Origin: Angustibacter luteus
GTDB taxonomy: Bacteria > Actinomycetota > Actinomycetes > Actinomycetales > Angustibacteraceae
Assembly: GCF_039541115.1 (NCBI RefSeq)
Contig: NZ_BAABFP010000004.1
Location: 1 to 64,000, forward strand
DNA: 64,000 nucleotides
Reading direction: 5' to 3'
Below, piece after piece: positions 7,911 to 17,638 of the stretch (position 1 is its first letter; every line of letters begins with the position of its first letter). The notes under the pieces were generated by a model. It did not search any database and was not told the origin of the DNA. It was given only the letters and a program-made list of their open reading frames with translations. Both the position numbers and the translations under genes were made by a program.

Positions 7911-10270
7911 CCGTCAGCCGTGCTCGCCGCACCGTCGTCGTCCACGCCCACGACGTCCTGCTCGGCGTCCGTGGCGTCGTCGCCGAAGGCGATGTCCCGG
8001 CGCTTGGTGATCGCGACCATCGTGATGATGATGATCACCGCGACCCCGGCGATGCCGTAGCGGATCGGCGCGCTGGCGTCCTTGCCGACGCTCAGCTGGA
8101 CGATGGCCGGTGCGATCAGCACCGCGACCAGGTTCATGACCTTGATCAGCGGGTTGATGGCCGGGCCGGCGGTGTCCTTGAACGGGTCGCCCACCGTGTC
8201 ACCGATGACGACGGCCGCGTGTGCCTCGGACCCCTTGCCGCCGTAGTGGCCGTCCTCGACGATCTTCTTCGCGTTGTCCCAGGCGCCACCGCTGTTGGCC
8301 AGCATGACGGCCATCAGGACGCCCGCGCCGATGGCTCCGGCGAGGTAGCCGGCGAGCGGCCCGACGCCGAGGCCGAAGCCGACGGCGATGGGTGCCATGG
8401 CCGCCAGCAGACCCGGCGTGGCGAGCTCACGCAGCGAGTCCCGGGTGCAGATGTCGACGACGCGCGCGTACTCGGGACGCTCCGTGCCCTCCATGATCCC
8501 GGGGTGCTCGCGGAACTGGCGACGGACCTCGAAGACGATGGCGCCCGCCGCGCGGGTCACCGCGTTGATGGCGAGCCCGGAGAACATGAAGACGACCGCG
8601 GCACCGAGGATCAGGCCGACCAGGGTGGACGGCGTCACGATCTCGTAGTTGAACGAGGCCACGACCGCTGCCTTGACCGGGCCGGTGATGCTGGCCTCGG
8701 CGGTCTCGCGGGCCACGTTGACGGCGTCCGTGTAGGAGCCGAACAGCGCGGTCGCCGCGAGCACCGCGGTCGCGATCGCGATGCCCTTGGTGATGGCCTT
8801 GGTGGTGTTGCCCACCGCGTCCAGCTCGGTGAGGATCTTGGCGCCCTCGCCGTCCACGTCGCCGGACATCTCCGCGATGCCCTGCGCGTTGTCGCTGACC
8901 GGGCCGAAGGTGTCCATCGCGACGATGACGCCGACCGTCGTGAGCAGGCCGCAGCCCGCCAGCGCGATTAGGAACAGCGACAGGATCACGGTGCTGCCGC
9001 CGAGCACGAAGGCCAGGTAGACCGCGCCCGCGATGATGACGGCGGTGTAGACGGCCGACTCGAGCCCGACGCCGAAGCCGGACAGGACCACGGTGGCCGC
9101 GCCGGTGAGCGAGGTGCGGGCGACGTCCTTGGTCGGGCGGTCCTCGGTACCGGTGAAGTACCCGGTCAGCCACAGGATGATGCCGGCCAGCACGATGCCC
9201 AGCGCCACGGCAGCCGTGGCCACCAGCCGCGGATCGCCCTGCAGCGCCTGGACCTGCTCGTTCGCGTTGGTCAGCTCGCCGAACGTGGCGGGCAGGTAGG
9301 CGAAGGCCGCGATCCCGCACAGCACGGCCGAGATGGCCGCCGAGATGTAGAAGCCGCGGTTGATCGCGGTCAGGCCGCTCTCGCCGCCGCGGGGCTTGAC
9401 GATGAACACGCCGAACACGGCGGTCAGCGCGCCCAGCGCCGGGACGATCAGCGGGAAGACCAGGCCGGCGTCGCCGAAGGCGGCCTTGCCGAGGATCAGC
9501 GCGGCGACCAGGGTCACGGCGTACGACTCGAACAGGTCGGCCGCCATACCCGCGCAGTCACCCACGTTGTCGCCCACGTTGTCCGCGATCGTCGCGGCGT
9601 TGCGCGGGTCGTCCTCGGGGATGTTCTGCTCGACCTTGCCGACCAGGTCGGCGCCGACGTCCGCGGCCTTGGTGAAGATGCCACCGCCGACGCGCATGAA
9701 CATCGCGAGCAGCGCGGCGCCGAAGCCGAAGCCCTCGAGCACCTTCGGCGCGTCACCCTTGTAGATCAGGACGACGATCGAGGCGCCCAGCAGGCCGAGG
9801 CCGACCGTGGCCATGCCGACCGTGCCGCCGGTGCGGATCGCGACCCGCATGCCACCGTCCCGGTCACCGTGGCGAGCGGCCTCGGCGACGCGCACGTTGG
9901 CGCGCACGGCCAGGGACATGCCCAGGTAGCCGATCGTCGCCGAGAACAGCGCGCCAAGGATGAAGAACCCGGAGCGGCCGAAGCGGACGCTGCTCGAGTC
10001 GGCCGGCAGTGCCAGGAGCAGGAAGAAGACGATCACCACGAACGCGGCGAGCGTCTTGAACTGCCGGGCGAGGTACGCCGAGGCGCCCTCCTGGACGGCT
10101 CGGCCGATCTCCTGCATCTTCTCGGTGCCGTCGGGCGCGGCGAGCACCTGCCGGCGGAACGCCGAGGCGACCAGCAGGGACAACACCCCGATCACCGCGA
10201 CGACGACGACGTAGGTCAGGTTGGCGCCGGAAATGGTGGCACCGTCAGCGGCCTGGCTCAGCCCGCGCAT
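7802..10270 (-). CDS. hppA: membrane pyrophosphatase, K+-independent H+-pumping type
   Basis: GGIFTKAADVGADLVGKVE, EDDPRN, DNVGDNVGD, GGAWDNAKK, GDTVGDPFKD. GNTTKA carries the Lys typical of K+-independent enzymes. AGGAGG RBS before ATG 10270. Confidence 0.95.
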   Translation of the reverse strand: MRGLSQAADGATISGANLTYVVVVAVIGVLSLLVASAFRRQVLAAPDGTEKMQEIGRAVQEGASAYLARQFKTLAAFVVIVFFLLLALPADSSSVRFGRSGFFILGALFSATIGYLGMSLAVRANVRVAEAARHGDRDGGMRVAIRTGGTVGMATVGLGLLGASIVVLIYKGDAPKVLEGFGFGAALLAMFMRVGGGIFTKAADVGADLVGKVEQNIPEDDPRNAATIADNVGDNVGDCAGMAADLFESYAVTLVAALILGKAAFGDAGLVFPLIVPALGALTAVFGVFIVKPRGGESGLTAINRGFYISAAISAVLCGIAAFAYLPATFGELTNANEQVQALQGDPRLVATAAVALGIVLAGIILWLTGYFTGTEDRPTKDVARTSLTGAATVVLSGFGVGLESAVYTAVIIAGAVYLAFVLGGSTVILSLFLIALAGCGLLTTVGVIVAMDTFGPVSDNAQGIAEMSGDVDGEGAKILTELDAVGNTTKAITKGIAIATAVLAATALFGSYTDAVNVARETAEASITGPVKAAVVASFNYEIVTPSTLVGLILGAAVVFMFSGLAINAVTRAAGAIVFEVRRQFREHPGIMEGTERPEYARVVDICTRDSLRELATPGLLAAMAPIAVGFGLGVGPLAGYLAGAIGAGVLMAVMLANSGGAWDNAKKIVEDGHYGGKGSEAHAAVVIGDTVGDPFKDTAGPAINPLIKVMNLVAVLIAPAIVQLSVGKDASAPIRYGIAGVAVIIIITMVAITKRRDIAFGDDATDAEQDVVGVDDDGAASTADGQAVRTDDAADDAGAEPGVADEAGEADDAEERAVTR

Positions 10271-10457
10271 TCGCGTCCTCCTAGACGTGGCGGACGTCCC
10301 CACGGCTGGTCGGGAAGGGCGCGCGTCACTTGGCACACCGACCGGGGGGACGTTCGTAGCGGACTGTATCGGTGCCCAGCAAGGCGCGGAAGGAAACCCA
10401 GGTCGCGGATCTGCAACGAACGCCTCTGCGCCGTCGGGCGGTGGGTCCGGTCACCGG

Positions 10458-10838
10458 TCAGCTCGCTGGTGGGTTCACCCAGGACAGACGCAGCACGCTC
10501 ACGCCGTCCTGCTGCTCGATGGCGGCGTCGTCGGTCAGCCCGGCCAGCACCGCCCAGGGGAGGTCGTCATCCGAGGTCCCGGTGGACGTCGGCACCGGCC
10601 AGACCCGCGCCACCAGGCTCGGGCCGCGGTCGTCGAGCTCCACCGTCAACGAGCCGTCCGGTCCGGCCGCCCGCAGCGCCAGCGCGCAGGCCTCCCCCAC
10701 GCCCTGCCGGACGGACTCGAGCTGGCCCTCCGGCCAGCCGGCCCGCCGAGCGACCGTCACCGCCACCAGCCGGGCCGTCCGCACGTGCGTCGGCAAGGCC
10801 CGGAAGGTCAGGCGAACGGTCCCCCTGCTGCCCCCCAC
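10458..10838 (-). CDS. RsbW-like anti-sigma factor / HATPase_c protein
   Basis: VRLTFRALPTHVRTARLVA...VRQGVGEAC; directly downstream of the STAS gene, as in the Streptomyces bldG locus. Confidence 0.75.
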   Translation of the reverse strand: MGGSRGTVRLTFRALPTHVRTARLVAVTVARRAGWPEGQLESVRQGVGEACALALRAAGPDGSLTVELDDRGPSLVARVWPVPTSTGTSDDDLPWAVLAGLTDDAAIEQQDGVSVLRLSWVNPPAS

Positions 10839-10847
10839 CTGCTCGGC

Positions 10848-11204
10848 TCAGCCCTCGGTATCGGTCGGGTGGGCCGCGAGCGCCTCGTCCACCGAGTCGT
10901 GGATGGCGAACACCTTGGTGAGCCCGGTGATCCGGAACACCTTGAGCACGCGCTCCTGCGAGCACACCAGGTGCAGCGAGCCCCCTTGGGTGCGCACGCG
11001 CTTGAGGCCACCGACGAGGACGCCGAGGCCGGTGGAGTCGAGGAACTCCACGCCCTGCATGTCGACGACCAGGTGATGGTGTCCCCCGGCGACGAGCGTG
11101 TTCAGCTGGTCGCGCAGTGCAGGAGCGCTGTAGACGTCGATCTCGCCACTGACCTCGACGATCATTCGCCCGCCCTGCTCGCGGGTGCCCACGGACAGAT
11201 CCAC
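10848..11204 (-). CDS. bldG: STAS anti-sigma factor antagonist (BldG-like)
   Basis: [12 protein letters not shown] and [16 protein letters not shown] (phospho-acceptor Ser); GGAGGA RBS before GTG 11204; divergent from the helicase. Confidence 0.9.
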   Translation of the reverse strand: MDLSVGTREQGGRMIVEVSGEIDVYSAPALRDQLNTLVAGGHHHLVVDMQGVEFLDSTGLGVLVGGLKRVRTQGGSLHLVCSQERVLKVFRITGLTKVFAIHDSVDEALAAHPTDTEG

Positions 11205-11352
11205 AGTTCCTCCATTGCCCCTCGTCACTGCGCGCTATCTAACCACCGCATGGCGCTACCGAGAACCGTCCGGGGCCTGCCGTCTGCCACCTGGACGCCT
11301 CAACCACCCGTCTGCCGGCCGGTCCGTCGGTGCCGCGGGGGAGCATGGGCGC

Positions 11353-13683
11353 ATGTCCACCCCCGGCCAGCAGCCCAGCATGCTGGACGTGGTGCGGGCC
11401 AGTGGCTTGCGCGCGGACCGGGTGCGCCACATCGAGCACCTGGAGCGTCGGGCAGCTGAGTACGCCGACTGGCCGGACTGGGCGGACCCGCTCGTCGTGT
11501 CCGCGTTCCAGCTCGGCGGCGTGCTGCGTCCCTGGCGGCACCAGGTACAGGCCGCGGACCTCGTGCACGCCGGCCAGCACACGGTGCTGGCCACGGGCAC
11601 CGCGAGCGGCAAGTCGCTCGGCTACCTGCTGCCGGCGCTGACCGCGGTGCTGGACGACGCAGGCCGGGGACTCGCGGTCCGGCGGCCCACGGTGCTCTAC
11701 CTCGCTCCGACGAAGGCGCTGGCGGCCGACCAGCTGGCCCGGCTGGAGGCGCTGCAGCTGCCCGGGCTGCGCGCGGCGACCTATGACGGTGACACCGCCC
11801 CCGAGGAGCGGCGGTGGGTGCGGGACCACGCGTCGTTCGTGCTGACGAACCCGGACCTGCTGCACCACTCGCTGCTGCCCGGGCACGAGCGCTGGGCTCG
11901 GTTCCTGCGCGGCCTGCGGGTCGTGGTCGTCGACGAGAGCCACCACTACCGGGGAGTCTTCGGCTCGCACGTCGCCACCGTGCTCCGCCGGCTGCGGCGG
12001 GTGGCGGAGCGGTACGGGTCGGCACCGACCTTCGTGCTCGCCTCCGCCACGGTGTCGTCCCCGGCCGAGCACGCCAGTCGCCTGGTAGGCCTTCCCGTGC
12101 GGGCGGTGACGGACGACGCGTCGCCGCGCGGCCGCACGGACGTGGTGCTCTGGGAGCCGCCGCTGCTGCCCGGCGGCGGGGAGCACGAGGCACCGACCCG
12201 GCGCAGCGCGCAGGCCGAGACCGCCGACCTGCTCACGGACCTGACCTCGCGCGGCGTCCGGACGCTCGCGTTCGTCCGGTCCCGACGCGGGGTCGAGCAG
12301 GTCGCGGCCACGACCCGACGCCTGCTCGGCGAGGTCGATCCCGAGCTGGCCGACCGGGTGGCGGCCTACCGCGGCGGTTACCTGCCGGAGGAGCGGCGGG
12401 CACTGGAAGGGGACCTGCGCTCGGGACGGCTGCTGGGCCTTGCCGCCACGAACGCCCTCGAGCTCGGGGTGGACATCGCGGGCCTGGATGCCGTGCTGAT
12501 GGCCGGTTGGCCTGGCCGTCGGGCCTCGATGTGGCAGCAGGTCGGCCGGGCGGGCCGCGAGGGTCAGGACGCACTGGCGGTACTCGTCGCCGCTGACGAT
12601 CCCCTGGACACCTACCTGGTGCAGCACCCGGCGGCAGTGTTCGGGACGCCCCTGGAGGCGACGGTGCTGGACCCGGACAACCCCTACGTCCTGGCCCCGC
12701 ACCTGGCGGCCGCGGCCGCCGAGCTCCCGCTCACCGAGGACGACCTCGTGCTGTTCGGCCCGAGCGCCCGTGGCGTGCTGGACGTGCTGGTCGCTCAAGG
12801 GGTGCTGAGGCGGCGACCCGGAGGCTGGTTCTGGCCGCGATCCGACCGGGCGACCGCACGGACGGACCTGCGCGGGACCGGCGGCTCCACCGTGCGGGTG
12901 GTGGAGGAGGAGACCGGCCGGGTGCTCGGGACCGTGGACGCCGGCGCGGCCGATCGCACGGTGCACGACGGCTCCGTCTACGTGCACCAGGGCGACACCT
13001 TCGTGGTGCGCCGGCTGGACCTCGAGCAGCACCTGGCGCTGGTCGAGCGGTCGGCGCCGCCGTGGACGACGCACGCGCGCTCGCTGAGCGACGTGCGCCT
13101 GCTGGAGACGCTGCAGCGGCGAGAGTGGGGTGACGTCGAGGTCTGCTTCGGGGTCGTCCGGGTCACCTCGCAGGTGGTCTCGTTCCTGCGTCGGCGCCTG
13201 GTCACCGGCGAGGTGCTGGGCGAGCAGCCCCTCGACCTGCCGCCGCGCGACCTGGTGACCAAGGCGGTGTGGTGGCACACCTCGTCGCAGGCGCTGGCAG
13301 GGTGCGGACTCGAGGCGCCGGACGTGCCCGGCGCGTTGCACGCCGCCGAGCACGCGGCGATCGGCTTGCTGCCACTGCTGGCCACCTGCGACCGCTGGGA
13401 CGTCGGCGGCGTGTCCACCGCGCTGCACCCGGACACCGGGCGGCCCACCGTGGTCGTGCACGACGGCCACCCGGGGGGCGCCGGGTTCGCCGAGCGCGGG
13501 TTCGCCGTGATGCGCGACTGGATCCAGGCGACGCACGACGCGGTGCAGGGCTGCGCCTGCGAGACCGGCTGCCCGTCGTGCGTCCAGTCGCCGAAGTGCG
13601 GCAACGGGAACGAACCGCTGGACAAGCGGGGGGCGCTGCGAGTGCTCAGCATGCTGCTCAGGGCGTCCGCGGACGGTGGATGA
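11353..13683 (+). CDS. DEAD/DEAH-box helicase with C-terminal DUF1998 Cys cluster (SftH/MrfA-like)
   Basis: TGTASGKS, PTKALA, DESH, QQVGRAGR, C-terminal CACETGCPSCVQSPKCGNGN. Confidence 0.93.
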   Translation: MSTPGQQPSMLDVVRASGLRADRVRHIEHLERRAAEYADWPDWADPLVVSAFQLGGVLRPWRHQVQAADLVHAGQHTVLATGTASGKSLGYLLPALTAVLDDAGRGLAVRRPTVLYLAPTKALAADQLARLEALQLPGLRAATYDGDTAPEERRWVRDHASFVLTNPDLLHHSLLPGHERWARFLRGLRVVVVDESHHYRGVFGSHVATVLRRLRRVAERYGSAPTFVLASATVSSPAEHASRLVGLPVRAVTDDASPRGRTDVVLWEPPLLPGGGEHEAPTRRSAQAETADLLTDLTSRGVRTLAFVRSRRGVEQVAATTRRLLGEVDPELADRVAAYRGGYLPEERRALEGDLRSGRLLGLAATNALELGVDIAGLDAVLMAGWPGRRASMWQQVGRAGREGQDALAVLVAADDPLDTYLVQHPAAVFGTPLEATVLDPDNPYVLAPHLAAAAAELPLTEDDLVLFGPSARGVLDVLVAQGVLRRRPGGWFWPRSDRATARTDLRGTGGSTVRVVEEETGRVLGTVDAGAADRTVHDGSVYVHQGDTFVVRRLDLEQHLALVERSAPPWTTHARSLSDVRLLETLQRREWGDVEVCFGVVRVTSQVVSFLRRRLVTGEVLGEQPLDLPPRDLVTKAVWWHTSSQALAGCGLEAPDVPGALHAAEHAAIGLLPLLATCDRWDVGGVSTALHPDTGRPTVVVHDGHPGGAGFAERGFAVMRDWIQATHDAVQGCACETGCPSCVQSPKCGNGNEPLDKRGALRVLSMLLRASADGG

Positions 13684-13776
13684 GGCTCGCAGAACGGGCC
13701 GAACCGGCTCGACCGCACTACTGTCGGCCGCGTACTGACGGTGGCAGGCGCCACGGAATCGACTCGGAGGACCCCC

Positions 13777-14259
13777 ATGCTCGTGCTCGGCATCATCCTG
13801 CTGGTCCTCGTGGCGGTGGTCGTCGTCGGCGTCGTCGCGAACGGATCCGCGCAGGACGTCGCTTTCAACACCTCGGTCGTGGACGTGACGACCCAGCCGG
13901 TGTGGGTCTTCCTGGCCGGCGCGATCGCGATGTTGGTGACGCTCATCGGGCTCTCGTTCATCCGCCGTGGCACGCGACGCCGCGTCGAGCGACGCCGGGA
14001 GATGAAGCGCCTGCGAAAGGTCGAGAAGGAGCACGTCAGCGGCCCGATCCCCGTCACCGAGACTGGCGCACAGCCCGCCACCGAGAAGGCCGGCAGCACC
14101 GAGACCCGCACGCCGGTGGTGGACGACCAGCCGGACCGCCAGCTGGTCCGCGAGCCCGGGCGGCAGTCCGTGGCACCGAGCTCCAGCACGCCGGAGACCA
14201 CGAGCACGCCGGAAACGACGGCCGCCACCGAGGACCCCGCCCGTCACCGCGAGGCCTGA
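13777..14259 (+). CDS. two-TM membrane protein with a disordered C-terminus
   Basis: GGAGG RBS; two hydrophobic helices followed by an Arg/Lys-rich stretch. Confidence 0.75.
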   Translation: MLVLGIILLVLVAVVVVGVVANGSAQDVAFNTSVVDVTTQPVWVFLAGAIAMLVTLIGLSFIRRGTRRRVERRREMKRLRKVEKEHVSGPIPVTETGAQPATEKAGSTETRTPVVDDQPDRQLVREPGRQSVAPSSSTPETTSTPETTAATEDPARHREA

Positions 14260-14951
14260 CCGGACGGTCCGGCCGCCGCGCTCGCGGACGCCAGCCCGAG
14301 TCGACCGACCGGACCGGGTGGCCGGACGGCGACCCTGACCTGCACCACCTGACCGGTCACCGCGCACCGCTGCAGGGCCGCGCCGTTCGCTCCGGCCACG
14401 GACCGCGCCCGCTCGCACGGGGCACCGGAGGAACGCGCTGCGGCCGCGCCGGCCAAGGCGGCAAGATCGGCCGCCACCACTGCGCGGTGCCGAGCCAGCA
14501 CCGCCACCGCGACGCCCCCGACGAGCAGGGCGAGCACGACGGCGACCAGGACTGTGGCAAGCACGAGGACCGTGGCGCTGCCCCCGTCCGCCGGCTGCTC
14601 CGGCTCGGCCCGCGCCCGGGCCTGCGTCATCACGGTGGGACCGATCCCGAGCAGGTGCACCGGACGGCGCACCACGACCGTGACCAGCCGGCCGCGGGTG
14701 AGAGTGACCCGCGAGGACGGTGAGGCGGAGGTCTCCCGGGCCGCCGCCAGCACGCGCGCGTCCGTCTCACCACGTGCGGCCAGCCGGGCACCGGCCCGAG
14801 CGGCATCCACGCAGGCCAGCTGCGCCAGCGCGACGTGCCCGACCCCGAGGACCGCGGCCAGGCCCAGCACCACGGCGGGTAAGGCGACAGCCAGCTCGGC
14901 CGTCGCACTCCCCTGGTCGTCCGCGCTCGGCGACCGCCCGGTCTCAGCCAC
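14244..14951 (-). CDS. fused TadE-like and Rv3654c-like pseudopilins
   Basis: First motif DQG/SATAELAVALP...DAARAGARLAARG; second motif DGG/SATVLVL...AADLAALAGA...C...C, in one frame. Confidence 0.8.
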   Translation of the reverse strand: MAETGRSPSADDQGSATAELAVALPAVVLGLAAVLGVGHVALAQLACVDAARAGARLAARGETDARVLAAARETSASPSSRVTLTRGRLVTVVVRRPVHLLGIGPTVMTQARARAEPEQPADGGSATVLVLATVLVAVVLALLVGGVAVAVLARHRAVVAADLAALAGAAAARSSGAPCERARSVAGANGAALQRCAVTGQVVQVRVAVRPPGPVGRLGLASASAAAGPSGQASR

Positions 14952-15138
14952 CGAGCGCCAACGCCCGCTCGATGATCCCGGTCAGCAGCGCACGGACGGC
15001 CGAACCGCGCAGGATCGTCACCAGCAGCGCGGCGAACCCGCACGCCGCGAGGGTGCCGATCGCGTACTCCGCCGTCGTCATGCCGGCATCTGCGACCCGT
15101 CCGGTGATGCGTCGGCGCAGGCTCGTGCCTGTGGCCAT
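14944..15138 (-). CDS. Flp-type pilin (DUF4244)
   Basis: DAG/MTTAEYAIGTLAACGFAALL; GAGGAG RBS. Confidence 0.92.
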   Translation of the reverse strand: MATGTSLRRRITGRVADAGMTTAEYAIGTLAACGFAALLVTILRGSAVRALLTGIIERALALGG

Positions 15139-15213
15139 GGTCGTGTTCCTCTCCTCGGTATCTCGTTGTCGCGCAGCGGTTGCCGCGCCACGTCGGCGAT
15201 CGGTCGAGCGCCG

Positions 15214-15783
15214 TCAGGGTGAGCTGAGCACCTGGTCGGCCAGGCCGAGAACCACCGGGGCCACGCCGAGCAGGACGAAGGCGGGAAGGACGGTGAGCCC
15301 GAGCGGCAGGACCAGCCGCACGCCCAGCCGACCCGAGGACAACCGCACTGCCGCCCGGCGTCTGGCCCGCTCGTCCGCGGCAGCCGAGCGGAGCAGCACC
15401 GCCGCCGAAGCGCCCGTGCGGTCTGCCAGGTCGAGCGCGCGGGCCAGCGGGGCCCACTGCGGTGTCGCCGCCGCGGTGCGTCGACCGGGAGCGGCGGCCA
15501 GCAAGGCGTGCCCGTCGAACTCGCTCCCCGCCACCGCCAGCGCAGCGCGCAGGGCCGAGCCCGTCGGCAGGCCGGCCTCGAGCGCAGCACACATCAGCTC
15601 GAGGACGATCGGGGCCGGGAGGCCGGCATCGCCGTCCGTCGCCGCCCGCCGCCCCGGCCTTCGTTCCGTTGCGCCAGTCCCGGGCACGGGAGACGACGGC
15701 AGCGCCGACCGCCCCTGCGGCGGCCAGGCCAGCAGGGTGGCCGTGACCAGGAGCGCACCGCCGAGCGCGCCCGGGTGCACCAT
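15214..15783 (-). CDS. tadC: TadC-like T2SS F-family protein
   Basis: LELMCAALEAGLP...LADRTGAS...LVLPLGLTVLPAFVLLGVAPVV; position in the tad operon. Confidence 0.85.
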   Translation of the reverse strand: MVHPGALGGALLVTATLLAWPPQGRSALPSSPVPGTGATERRPGRRAATDGDAGLPAPIVLELMCAALEAGLPTGSALRAALAVAGSEFDGHALLAAAPGRRTAAATPQWAPLARALDLADRTGASAAVLLRSAAADERARRRAAVRLSSGRLGVRLVLPLGLTVLPAFVLLGVAPVVLGLADQVLSSP

Positions 15784-16469
15784 CACGCCGCCCGCGCGAC
15801 GGCCCGCACCAGGCGGCGCATCCACCACCGGCTGAGCAGCAGCAGCACCGCGCCCAGCACAGCGCAGCAGCGCCCCAGATCGGTGCCCACCAGGACGTCC
15901 AGGGGTCGCGCCCCGATCAGCTCACCGAGCACCAGCCCACCCAGGGGCAGGACGGTGAGCAGGCGGGCGGTCGCCTGCGGACCGGCCAGCGCCGCCGCGA
16001 TGTCCGCCGACAACGCCTGCTCCTCGCGCAGGGTCGTGGCCACGCCGTCGAGGGCGTCGGCCAGCGGCGCTCCCGTGCGCTCGGCCAGCCGCCACGCCGC
16101 CCCGGCCGACCGGGCCGACTGGGCCGCCTCGGACCGGGCTGTCTTCGACCGGGCTGTCTTGGACTGGGCTGTCTTGGACCGGGCGGCGCGGTCCCACCAG
16201 ACCTGGGGGTCTGCGGATGGACCGGGCGACGGCAGGCCCAGCACGTCCAGCGCGGACAGCCAGGCACTGGTCGGCGCCGACCCGGCGCGCACCTGCGCGC
16301 TGATCATCTCGACGACGCTGAGCAGCAGCTCGGCAGTCACGCTGGCCTGCGGAACCCGACCGTCCGTGACATCGGGGGCAGCGCCGCCAGTGGCCGGGTG
16401 GAGCCGTCGCCGGGCCGGCCAGACCAGCACGGCGAGCCCCACCAGGATCGCGGTCGTCGTCGCGGTCAC
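15783..16469 (-). CDS. tadB: TadB-like T2SS F-family protein
   Basis: AAWRLAERTGAPLADAL...ALAGPQATARLLTVLP; GTG start overlaps the tadA stop. Confidence 0.85.
   Translation of the reverse strand: MTATTTAILVGLAVLVWPARRRLHPATGGAAPDVTDGRVPQASVTAELLLSVVEMISAQVRAGSAPTSAWLSALDVLGLPSPGPSADPQVWWDRAARSKTAQSKTARSKTARSEAAQSARSAGAAWRLAERTGAPLADALDGVATTLREEQALSADIAAALAGPQATARLLTVLPLGGLVLGELIGARPLDVLVGTDLGRCCAVLGAVLLLLSRWWMRRLVRAVARAA
16131..16184. repeat. 15-bp in-frame tandem repeat (about 3.6 copies) inside tadB
   Basis: GGACCGGGCTGTCTT units at 16131, 16146 and 16161, with a partial copy at 16176; encode A[RQ]SKT. Confidence 0.9.
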
Positions 16470-17638
16470 GGCAGCTCCAGCCGCTCGCGCAGGGCGCCCC
16501 ACCCCGGTCCACGCACGCCCACCGCCGACGGGTCGGCTGGATCCGCGACGAGCGCGGGCACCACCTGCACCAGGTCGCCGATGCGCTGCACCACACCGAC
16601 CTGCACCAGGCGGCGGGCACCACGGTGGCGGCGCAGGTGCAGCACCACCTGGATCGCCGCGGCGACCTGGGCGTGGACGGTGGCCCGGTCGAGCCCGGCC
16701 AGGGCACCCAGGGCCTCCAGCCGAGCCGGCACCTCGGTCACCGAGTTCGCGTGCAGCGTGCCGCACCCTCCCTCGTGGCCGGGGTTGAGCGCCGCGAGCA
16801 GCTCGCGGACCTCAGCGCCGCGCACCTCGCCGACGACCAGCCGGTCCGGCCGCATGCGCAGCGCCTGCCGCACGAGGTCGGTCAGGGTGACCGCGCCCCG
16901 ACCCTCGACGTTGGGGGAGCGCGCCGCCAGCCGGACGACGTGCGGGTGCTGAACGCGCACCTCGGCGCAGTCCTCGACGACGACGATGCGGTGCGCGGGC
17001 GGCACCAGACCGAGCAGCGCGCCCAGCACCGTGGTCTTGCCCGCACCGGTCCCGCCGGAGACGACGAACGCGGCCAGCCCGCTCATCAGGTGCTCCAGGA
17101 CCTGAGCCCAGGGCGGGGGAACGGTGCCGAGCCGCACCAGGTCGGCGAGATCCAGCTCGCGCCGGCTCGGCACCCGCAGTGACACGTGGGTCCCACCGGC
17201 GACGAGTGGGGGGAGCGCGACGTGCAGCCGGACGCCGTCGGCCAGCTGCGCGTCCACGAACGGGGACGCGTCGTCCAGCCGGCGACCAGCCGCACCGGCG
17301 AGCCGAGCCGCCAGCGCGCGCACGTCCCGCTCGTCGCCGACGTCCACCCTGACCCGCTGCACGCCGCGACCCCGGTCGACCCAGACGCTGCCCGGGCCAT
17401 TCACCAGGACGTCGGTGACGTCTGGGTCGGCCAGCAGGGGCTGCAGCGGACCGGCCCCGTGCAGGTCGGCCCGCAGCCGGTCCACCGCCTGGAGAAGACC
17501 CTCGTGACCGAGGACGACGCCGACCTCGCGGGCCGCCTGCGCGACGGCATCCGGGGTGACCTGCCCGGCGCCGGCGAGGGCGTCCCGGATGCGAGCGAGC
17601 AGCGCAGCGTCAAGGACCTGGGCGGACGCTCCCGTCAC
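16466..17638 (-). CDS. tadA: TadA/CpaF pilus assembly ATPase
   Basis: GGTGAGKTT, VVVED, ALRMRPDRLVVGEVRG, TLHAN; GTG start overlaps the ssd stop. Confidence 0.93.
   Translation of the reverse strand: MTGASAQVLDAALLARIRDALAGAGQVTPDAVAQAAREVGVVLGHEGLLQAVDRLRADLHGAGPLQPLLADPDVTDVLVNGPGSVWVDRGRGVQRVRVDVGDERDVRALAARLAGAAGRRLDDASPFVDAQLADGVRLHVALPPLVAGGTHVSLRVPSRRELDLADLVRLGTVPPPWAQVLEHLMSGLAAFVVSGGTGAGKTTVLGALLGLVPPAHRIVVVEDCAEVRVQHPHVVRLAARSPNVEGRGAVTLTDLVRQALRMRPDRLVVGEVRGAEVRELLAALNPGHEGGCGTLHANSVTEVPARLEALGALAGLDRATVHAQVAAAIQVVLHLRRHRGARRLVQVGVVQRIGDLVQVVPALVADPADPSAVGVRGPGWGALRERLELP

Noticed and set aside
5636..8971. Very long alternative-frame ORFs (e.g. 1111 aa here, 1059 aa at 11239-14418, 761 aa at 648-2933)
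   Set aside because: Antisense or shifted shadows of real genes in high-GC DNA; no recognisable motifs.
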